Below, one piece after another: positions 57,563 through 64,000 of a stretch of 64,000 bases of DNA; the first letter of the stretch is position 1, and the number at the start of each line of letters is the position of its first letter. This DNA is from Bacteroidales bacterium. GTDB taxonomy: Bacteria; Bacteroidota; Bacteroidia; Bacteroidales; WCHB1-69. Location of the stretch: contig JAFTCA010000052.1 of the NCBI GenBank assembly GCA_017454945.1, positions 6,476 to 70,475 on the forward strand, written 5' to 3'. The notes under the pieces were generated by a model. That model was not told where the DNA came from. It saw only the letters and a list, made by a program, of their open reading frames with translations, and ran no database searches. The translations under genes were made by a program, and so were the position numbers.

Positions 57563-57570
57563 TAATTTTG
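57563..57570 (+). promoter_or_regulatory. -7 promoter box for the O-methyltransferase-trmD operon
   Basis: TAATTTTG, 19 nt upstream of ATG 57590 and 12 nt from the divergent U32 box. Confidence 0.5.
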
Positions 57571-57589
57571 CACCCATATCACAATCATC

Positions 57590-58234
57590 ATGTTCAACCT
57601 CGTTTCACAGGACATTGAGGAGTATTCGGAGGAACACACCACCCCCGAGAGCGACCTGCTATACCGCATCAACCGCGCCACACACCTGCACAACCTGAAC
57701 CCGCGCATGGTATCGGGACCGCTGCAAGGGGCATTTCTTTCGCTCATCGCACGCCTCAAACAGCCGAAGCACATCCTCGAAATAGGCACCTTCACGGGCT
57801 ACTCGGCCCTCTGCCTCGCCGAAGGGCTCACCCCCGACGGCACGCTCGACACTATCGAGATAGACGAGGAACTGGAAGAGACTATCCTCCAAAACTTCAG
57901 CCAGTCGCCATTCCACAACCAACTGCAACTCCATATCGGCAACGCCTTGGACATCATCCCCACCCTGCACCACGCTTGGGACTTGGTATTCATCGACGCC
58001 GAGAAAACCGAATACGACGGCTATTATGATCTCATCCTGCCGCAAGTGGCAAAAGGCGGTTTGCTGCTCATCGACAATGTGTTATGGAACGGCAAAGTGG
58101 TGGAAGAGGTAAAAAGTAACGACAAGGACACGCACGCCATCATGGCCTTCAACGACCGTGTGCAGCAAGACCCGCGCGTGCGCAACCTACTTCTGCCCTT
58201 CCGCGACGGCATCCTGTGTATTGAAAAATTATAG
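57590..58234 (+). CDS. Class I SAM-dependent O-methyltransferase (caffeoyl-CoA OMT / TrmR-like)
   Basis: 214 aa. [21 protein letters not shown] motif, [22 protein letters not shown]. Confidence 0.83.
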   Translation: MFNLVSQDIEEYSEEHTTPESDLLYRINRATHLHNLNPRMVSGPLQGAFLSLIARLKQPKHILEIGTFTGYSALCLAEGLTPDGTLDTIEIDEELEETILQNFSQSPFHNQLQLHIGNALDIIPTLHHAWDLVFIDAEKTEYDGYYDLILPQVAKGGLLLIDNVLWNGKVVEEVKSNDKDTHAIMAFNDRVQQDPRVRNLLLPFRDGILCIEKL

Positions 58235-58236
58235 CT

Positions 58237-58914
58237 ATGCGAATCGACATACTGACTCTTTTTCCGGACATGTTCACGGGCATCCTCTCCCAATCGATTG
58301 TCAAAAAGGCACTTGACCGCAACCTGCTGGAGGTGGGACTGCACGACATCCGCCAATATTCCACCGACAAGCACCACCGTGTAGATGACTATCCCTTTGG
58401 TGGCGGTGCCGGCATGGTGATGATGATCGAGCCCATCGCCCGCTGCATCGAGGCTTTGAAGGCTCAACGCAACTACGATGCCATCCTCTTTATGGCTCCG
58501 GACGGCAAAACCTTCGACCAACATAAAGCCAATGCCCTGTCGCTCAAGGAGAACATCATGATACTCTGCGGCCACTACAAAGGTGTGGACGAGCGGGTGC
58601 GCGAACTATTTATCACTGAAGAGATTAGCATGGGCGATTTTGTCCTCTCGGGTGGCGAAATTGCCGCCATGGCCATTGTGGATGCCGTGGCACGCGTCAT
58701 CCCCGGTGTGCTCAACGATGAGACCTCCGCCCTCTCCGACTCCTTCCAAGACGGACTGCTGTCGGCACCAGTCTATACCCGTCCCGCCGACTACCAAGGT
58801 CACAAAGTGCCCGATGTGCTGCTATCAGGCAACGATCGCCTTATTGCCGAATGGAAACTGGAGCAGCAGTTTGAACGCACGCGCCAACGCCGCCCAGATC
58901 TACTTGAGGAATAG
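58237..58914 (+). CDS. trmD: tRNA (guanine37-N1)-methyltransferase
   Basis: 225 aa. [13 protein letters not shown] start; [13 protein letters not shown]; [10 protein letters not shown]. Confidence 0.95.
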   Translation: MRIDILTLFPDMFTGILSQSIVKKALDRNLLEVGLHDIRQYSTDKHHRVDDYPFGGGAGMVMMIEPIARCIEALKAQRNYDAILFMAPDGKTFDQHKANALSLKENIMILCGHYKGVDERVRELFITEEISMGDFVLSGGEIAAMAIVDAVARVIPGVLNDETSALSDSFQDGLLSAPVYTRPADYQGHKVPDVLLSGNDRLIAEWKLEQQFERTRQRRPDLLEE

Positions 58915-58918
58915 TTCT

Positions 58919-59470
58919 TTACAACTGCGCAATCGCTTCTTTGAACTTGTCGCCACGCTCGCGGTACGACGGATAATCGCCATGACAAGCCACGCCCGGC
59001 GAGAAGAGCACCACGCTGCCAGGATTGGTATTGTAGAAAGCTGTACGAACGGCTTCTTCCATATTCATCGAAAACAGAACCTGCTTGCCTAACTCCGTGA
59101 AGAACTCTATAATGGCCGTATTATAAACGCCATGAAGAACGATGGTTCCCACTTTCTCTTCTATGATATCCAGCAAGTCGTCGGTGAAAGTCTCCACTTT
59201 ATCCATCGACATGATCCAGGTCACGCGCTTGGTCATGCTGTCGAGTGCATACCACACGGCATTGGCGGTCTGCGAGCATGAGTCGTTGATGAAATCCACT
59301 CCGTTGATGGTTTTCACATATTCCAACTTGTGGCCGCTGCCTTCCAGATAGGAGACCACATTCTCATCAAGGTTCTTCTGACGAATGTTTATTAGACTTT
59401 GCGCCAATGTGTTAGTGGAAGAAGTGCCACTTTGATAAACATTATATTGTAAAGGTCTTTGTGCTGCCAT
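58919..59470 (-). CDS. MurD C-terminal-domain-only ORF (truncated, degenerate murD homolog)
   Basis: 183 aa, starting 2 nt after the mraY stop. GHKLEYVKTINGVDFINDSCSQTAN and VLFSPGVACHGDYPSYRERGDKFKEAI parallel the MurD HRxE...INDSKATN and LLSPACASFDxFxxYxxRGxxF segments. No P-loop or N-terminal domain is present. Confidence 0.55.
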   Translation of the reverse strand: MAAQRPLQYNVYQSGTSSTNTLAQSLINIRQKNLDENVVSYLEGSGHKLEYVKTINGVDFINDSCSQTANAVWYALDSMTKRVTWIMSMDKVETFTDDLLDIIEEKVGTIVLHGVYNTAIIEFFTELGKQVLFSMNMEEAVRTAFYNTNPGSVVLFSPGVACHGDYPSYRERGDKFKEAIAQL

Positions 59471-59472
59471 AA

Positions 59473-60729
59473 TTATCTTATTTTTAAAGTTACTACTGTT
59501 AATACTGCTAAAATGATGCCTACAATGATGAAGCGTTGAACAATCTTGGCTTCATGGAATCCTTTTTTCTGATAATGATGATGCAAAGGCGACATGAGGA
59601 AGAGTCGGCGGCCTTCACCATACTTTTTCTTGGTAATCTTGAAATAGGTTACTTGGATGATGACTGAGAGCGACTGCACAAGGAAAATGCCGCAGAGGAT
59701 GGGCAACAGCAGCTCTTTGCGGATGATGATGCACGATACGGCAATGATGCCGCCCAGCATCAGACTGCCCGTATCGCCCATGAACACTTGGGCTGGATAG
59801 CAATTCCACCAATAGAATCCCATGCAAGCACCGAACATCGCCGCCATAAAAATCACCAGTTCGCCAATATTAGGTATATACATGATATCCAAATAATTGG
59901 CAAACACAGCGTTGCCCGACACATATGCAAATACGGCTATTGTCGCGCCAATTACCGATGATGTGCCCGTCGCCAAGCCATCCAAGCCGTCGGTGAGATT
60001 AGCACCGTTGGAGACGGCAGCAATGATAAAGATGACGATGGGAATGAAGAGCAGGAAGGACCACTTGCCGTCCTCATCGCCCAGCCAGGCCGTGAGCCAT
60101 GCATAATCGAACTCGTGATTCTTAACAAAAGGAATCGTGGTTTTAGTCGAATGCTTGGCTTCGCTGAACGAGTAGGTCGATGTGGTATTGTCGGCATTCT
60201 CGGCGGCGAAGATGTTCTCGGTCTGTGTGTAAGGCACCACCGTCGAACTTTTCTCTTTGATCACCACGTCGGGATGGAAATACATTACCAAGCCCACCAC
60301 CAAGCCAAGTACCACTTGTCCAACAATTTTGGCCTTGCCCGGCAATCCTTTTTTGTTCTTGCGGAATACTTTGATATAATCATCCACGAAACCGAGCGCA
60401 CCCAACCAGAGCGTCGAGAAAATCATCAGTTGTACGTAGACGTTGGTCAGGTCGTTGAACAGCAACACGGGAATAAGGATGGCAGCCAGAATAATCAGGC
60501 CACCCATGGTCGGCGTGCCCTGCTTTTCCATCTGTCCCGCCAGTCCAAGGTCGCGGACGGTCTCGCCGATCTGCTTTTTGCGGAGCAGACGAATCAAATA
60601 CTTGCCCACAATCATCGAGATGATGAGCGACAGGATGACTGCCATCGCCGACCGGAAGGAGATGTATTTGACCATACCGGCGCCAGGCACATCCATTTTT
60701 TCGAGCCAATTAAAAAGAGAATATAACAT
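59473..60729 (-). CDS. mraY: Phospho-N-acetylmuramoyl-pentapeptide transferase
   Basis: 418 aa, multi-[21 protein letters not shown]-like ([12 protein letters not shown]), and FMGDTGSL motifs. Confidence 0.95.
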   Translation of the reverse strand: MLYSLFNWLEKMDVPGAGMVKYISFRSAMAVILSLIISMIVGKYLIRLLRKKQIGETVRDLGLAGQMEKQGTPTMGGLIILAAILIPVLLFNDLTNVYVQLMIFSTLWLGALGFVDDYIKVFRKNKKGLPGKAKIVGQVVLGLVVGLVMYFHPDVVIKEKSSTVVPYTQTENIFAAENADNTTSTYSFSEAKHSTKTTIPFVKNHEFDYAWLTAWLGDEDGKWSFLLFIPIVIFIIAAVSNGANLTDGLDGLATGTSSVIGATIAVFAYVSGNAVFANYLDIMYIPNIGELVIFMAAMFGACMGFYWWNCYPAQVFMGDTGSLMLGGIIAVSCIIIRKELLLPILCGIFLVQSLSVIIQVTYFKITKKKYGEGRRLFLMSPLHHHYQKKGFHEAKIVQRFIIVGIILAVLTVVTLKIR

Positions 60730-60768
60730 AATAGGTTAATGGGTTATGGTGTTGAATTGTTTAATTGT

Positions 60769-62235
60769 TTACAAGAATTCCTTCACCACTTCGATGTCGT
60801 CGAAATGGTGCTTTACATGATTGATTTCCTGATAGTTTTCGTGGCCTTTGCCCGCAACGAGCAGCACGCCGCCGTCGGCAAGCATCATGCAAGCAGTCTT
60901 GATGGCCTCGCGGCGGTTCTCAATGACCAGCACATTGCGCTTGAAATCGGCGGGGATACCTTTCTGCATATCCTCCAGAATCTTGTTGGGGTCTTCGGTA
61001 CGCGGATTGTCGGAAGTCAGAATCACCTTATGGCTGTAAGTACAAGCAATTTCCGCCATCACGGGACGCTTGAGCGCATCGCGGTCGCCACCACAACCCA
61101 CCACGGTAATCACTTCCACCTCGGGCTTGGTGATGTCGCGGATGGTCATCAGCACATTTTTCAGCGCATCAGGCGTGTGAGCGTAGTCGATGACAGCCGT
61201 GCATTTGCGGTCGTTGCGCAGCAGCTGGAAGCGACCGGCAGCGGGATTCAAGGCACTCATCTTCGCAAGTACCTCCATCGGTTCGAAGCCCAACAGAACG
61301 GCCGTGCCATAAATAGCCAACAGGTTATAGGCGTTGAATCGTCCGCACAGTTTGAAATAGGCTTCTTTGTTATTAATGGACATCTGCAAGCCTTCAAAAG
61401 CATTGTCGATGATACGTCCTTTGAAGTCGGCATGTGCCATCAAGCTATAAGTATGCACGGCGGCATGCGTCTCCTGAACCATCACTTTGCCGTTTTTATC
61501 ATCAATGTTGGTCAGTGCAAAAGCAGTGTCGGGAAGGTTATCGAAGAATGCCTTTTTTGCTTTGATATAGTTGGCAAAAGTCTTGTGGAAATCGAGATGA
61601 TCATGGGTGATATTGCTGAAAATGCCGCCCGTAAAATGCAAGCCCTCAATACGATGCTGACAAATAGAATGCGAACTTACTTCCATAAAGCAATATTCAC
61701 AACCATCGTCCACCATCTGGCGCAACAGACTGTTTAACTCCACCGCATCGGGCGTCGTGTGCGTGGCAGGAACCACCTTGTCGCCCACCTTGTTGACGAT
61801 GGTGGAGAGCATACCCACATGGCAACCGAGGTCGCTAAGCAAGCGGTGCAACAGCGTCACGGTAGTGGTTTTGCCATTGGTGCCGGTGATGCCCACCAAC
61901 TTCAGCTGGCGACTAGGATAATCGTAAAATGCGGAAGCCAAACGGCCAAGTGCAATCGATGAGTCGGGCACCACAATGTAAGTCACGGCAGGATTCACCT
62001 CAGCGGGTAGTTCTTCGCAAACCACAGCACCTGCACCTGCAGCGATGGCCTGCGGAATATACTTATGTCCATCGGTTTGGGTACCGCGCTGAGCCACATA
62101 CAAAGGCACTGCAGCGAGGGAGTCGTCACGCTGGATTTTCCGCGTATCAAACTCAATAGCAGATATTTCAATATCCGCATTACCTACAATTTCATATTTC
62201 TGCAACGATGGCAGTAAAACAACAAGTTTTTTCAC
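60769..62235 (-). CDS. murE: UDP-N-acetylmuramoyl-tripeptide ligase (meso-DAP/Lys adding)
   Basis: 488 aa. GITGTNGKTTT P-loop; TSDNPRTEDP (DNPR) motif. Confidence 0.92.
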   Translation of the reverse strand: MKKLVVLLPSLQKYEIVGNADIEISAIEFDTRKIQRDDSLAAVPLYVAQRGTQTDGHKYIPQAIAAGAGAVVCEELPAEVNPAVTYIVVPDSSIALGRLASAFYDYPSRQLKLVGITGTNGKTTTVTLLHRLLSDLGCHVGMLSTIVNKVGDKVVPATHTTPDAVELNSLLRQMVDDGCEYCFMEVSSHSICQHRIEGLHFTGGIFSNITHDHLDFHKTFANYIKAKKAFFDNLPDTAFALTNIDDKNGKVMVQETHAAVHTYSLMAHADFKGRIIDNAFEGLQMSINNKEAYFKLCGRFNAYNLLAIYGTAVLLGFEPMEVLAKMSALNPAAGRFQLLRNDRKCTAVIDYAHTPDALKNVLMTIRDITKPEVEVITVVGCGGDRDALKRPVMAEIACTYSHKVILTSDNPRTEDPNKILEDMQKGIPADFKRNVLVIENRREAIKTACMMLADGGVLLVAGKGHENYQEINHVKHHFDDIEVVKEFL

Positions 62236-62339
62236 GTATCAAAAAGGTTTTAATTTAAAGTGGAGAGATGAGAGTTAAAGGTTTGGCTTGGTTAATGGTT
62301 GGTTATGGTTTGGTTTTTCTAATTGTAAATTGTAAATTG

Positions 62340-64000
62340 TTAATTACTTAGATATAACGTTACCGTCTTCGTGGCTGCGTCCACTTCGGTGCGTCTGACA
62401 ATGCCACGGCCCACGAGGCGTGTCTTATAGCCTTTGCGACTCAGTTCGTACACGGCGTCCGAGGCCAGCATATTCATAACATTGGGCACAGGCTGCTTAG
62501 AATCGAAATTGACACTTTTCAGTTGCGGTTGGTTGTTATTATCGCGGAAGACTGTCACGTAAGGTGAACCCGAAGGCACTTTCATTGGTATCTGCCAATC
62601 GGTTAGGATGGTCTGCAACTGTGCTGGCTGCAGGAACGGTACGGCAGGCAGCGTTTTTTCCTTGCTCTGATCGATGCTCTGTACTGCACCGTAGCTGGCC
62701 GAATTGAGGATAGCCTTGGCAATGCGAGCAAAAACTCCCACAGCCACATAGCTCTTCTGAGGCACATTGTACATGAACACCAGACAGGTATATTTGGGCT
62801 TGTCAGCAGGGAAATAGCCGCAGAAAGAGACACTATTTTTATGGTAGTCGTACTGACCAAGTGCTTCATTCCAAATGTCGCGGGTACCGGTTTTACCGGC
62901 AAAGCGGAAAGCAGGATCCCTGTAGCCACGAGCCGTTCCATGGTCACCATAAACAACCGCCTCCAAATACTTACGAGCTCTGCTGATGGTAGATGGTTTG
63001 CAGAACTGCTCGTTAATCACTTCGGCCTCAAAACGTTCAATCGTATCCTCCTGATTGGTAATATATTTCACAAACAGAGGAAGAATCATCTTACCGCCAT
63101 TGGCTACGGCATTATAATACACTAATGTCTGCACGGGCGTCATGCTGAAGCCGGCGCCAAAACATGCATTATAATAACTATGGAAGTCTTTCGCATTTCG
63201 CTTAATAGCCGGTGCATTCACTTTGCCAAGTTGCGTAGAGAAGGAAGTGGTGATAAACATCGAATCTATCTTATTCAGATACTGTTTATAACCATAATAA
63301 GAATAGACATCGAAAATCATTGAAGCAATGCCCACATTGGAAGAGCGTTGGAACACATCTATCGGCTTGCCCTGTTCCTCGGCATGCCCCGGTTTATCCA
63401 CCTTGAAATACTTGTTTACACGTGTTCCACTCCGATTGGGCACCGAGAAAGTGTGAGCCATCACGGGATAAATACGTGTTGTATCGTCTTTTACATTCTC
63501 AAGATAAGCCAATAGCGATGCCAACTTGAAAGTGGAACCTGGCTCCACCATGGCTGTCAGCAAGTAGTTGTGCACCCCATCACGATAGACATTTTCATTT
63601 TTCTCATCTCGCGTCAGGTTGGCAATGGCCTTGATTTCACCCGTAGCCGTCTCCATCACCACAGCACATCCCCATTCGGCCATACTGCTTATCAATGTCT
63701 TCTGCAGCTCGTTATGCACAATATTCTGCATTTCAAGATTGATGGTCGTATGCACGTTGTAGCCCTCCGTAGGTTCCACATAGTCACCCAGCGGGATGCG
63801 TGCCCTATTGTAAACCACATACTTACGACTGCCATTCTCACCGTATAGGTATGAGTTGAAAGCATTTTCCACACCAAACTTCTGGTTATCAGTATAGAGG
63901 CCGATGGTACGACGAGCCATTTCGCCGTAGGGATTGATACGTACGGTGGCTTGTGAGCAGTTGAGCACACTTTGCTTCTTACGACCCAACAGCGGTAAAG
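62340..64000 (-). CDS. ftsI: Penicillin-binding protein 3-type transpeptidase, C-terminal part; the gene runs off the right edge
   Basis: The frame stays open to position 64000 (track M at 63989 is a TTG). SxxK (PGSTFK), SxN (RSSNVG), KTG (GKTGT), and a PASTA-like tail. Confidence 0.9.
   Translation of the reverse strand, partial: LPLLGRKKQSVLNCSQATVRINPYGEMARRTIGLYTDNQKFGVENAFNSYLYGENGSRKYVVYNRARIPLGDYVEPTEGYNVHTTINLEMQNIVHNELQKTLISSMAEWGCAVVMETATGEIKAIANLTRDEKNENVYRDGVHNYLLTAMVEPGSTFKLASLLAYLENVKDDTTRIYPVMAHTFSVPNRSGTRVNKYFKVDKPGHAEEQGKPIDVFQRSSNVGIASMIFDVYSYYGYKQYLNKIDSMFITTSFSTQLGKVNAPAIKRNAKDFHSYYNACFGAGFSMTPVQTLVYYNAVANGGKMILPLFVKYITNQEDTIERFEAEVINEQFCKPSTISRARKYLEAVVYGDHGTARGYRDPAFRFAGKTGTRDIWNEALGQYDYHKNSVSFCGYFPADKPKYTCLVFMYNVPQKSYVAVGVFARIAKAILNSASYGAVQSIDQSKEKTLPAVPFLQPAQLQTILTDWQIPMKVPSGSPYVTVFRDNNNQPQLKSVNFDSKQPVPNVMNMLASDAVYELSRKGYKTRLVGRGIVRRTEVDAATKTVTLYLSN

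Noticed and set aside
57526-57795. N-terminal extensions offered by the ORF track for U32 (57526-57795), and likewise at 44781-44906, 42044-42121, 31677-31784, 34599-34667 and 31797-31832.
   Set aside because: The extensions run through promoter boxes, terminator hairpins or upstream genes, and they encode non-homologous Cys/Arg-rich or hydrophobic junk. Internal Met codons give canonical N-termini or signal peptides.

Overview
This window looks like a chromosomal segment of a Bacteroidota genome (Bacteroidales, Prevotella/Bacteroides-like). That call rests on gene content and on about 25 intergenic TAnnTTTG -7 promoter boxes sitting 8-130 nt upstream of the predicted starts. I count 51 protein-coding genes, two of them cut by the window edges. 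I saw no rRNA, tRNA, CRISPR array, transposase or integrase. Most genes are housekeeping: hisS, uvrA, rfbB, dtd, dnaG, ogt, engB, nadC, era, alaS, holB, trmD, mraY, murE, ftsI. There are also lipid, envelope and RNA-modification genes.

Parts worth a second look:
1. An AT-rich methylase / small PD-(D/E)XK protein / methylase cassette lies between hisS and uvrA (2.2-4.9 kb). It resembles a DpnII-type GATC system, but a 173-aa nuclease candidate sits where the usual ~280-aa endonuclease would be.
2. An ECF sigma gene is followed by an operon for a secreted 888-aa protein and a C10 cysteine protease (9.2-15.5 kb). The 888-aa protein is built from nine near-identical repeats that resemble phage tail fibre.
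3. The dcw cluster (ftsI-murE-mraY) ends in a 183-aa ORF that matches only the C-terminal domain of MurD and has degraded motifs. It abuts a converging trmD, and ftsW/murG/murC are absent.
4. A cysteate-synthase-like gene sits next to a serine-palmitoyltransferase-like gene, which suggests sulfonolipid synthesis.
5. A translationally coupled Y-family polymerase/YolD-like pair lies beside a DUF4143 AAA+ ATPase and a 23-bp tandem repeat.
6. An uncharacterised trio (DUF1846, TIGR04076, ATP-grasp) shares one divergent promoter region.

All functional calls come from reading the supplied translations by eye against remembered family motifs. No database search was run. None of these candidates stands out as clearly novel; the R-M variant, the MurD fragment and the sulfonolipid pair are the strongest.
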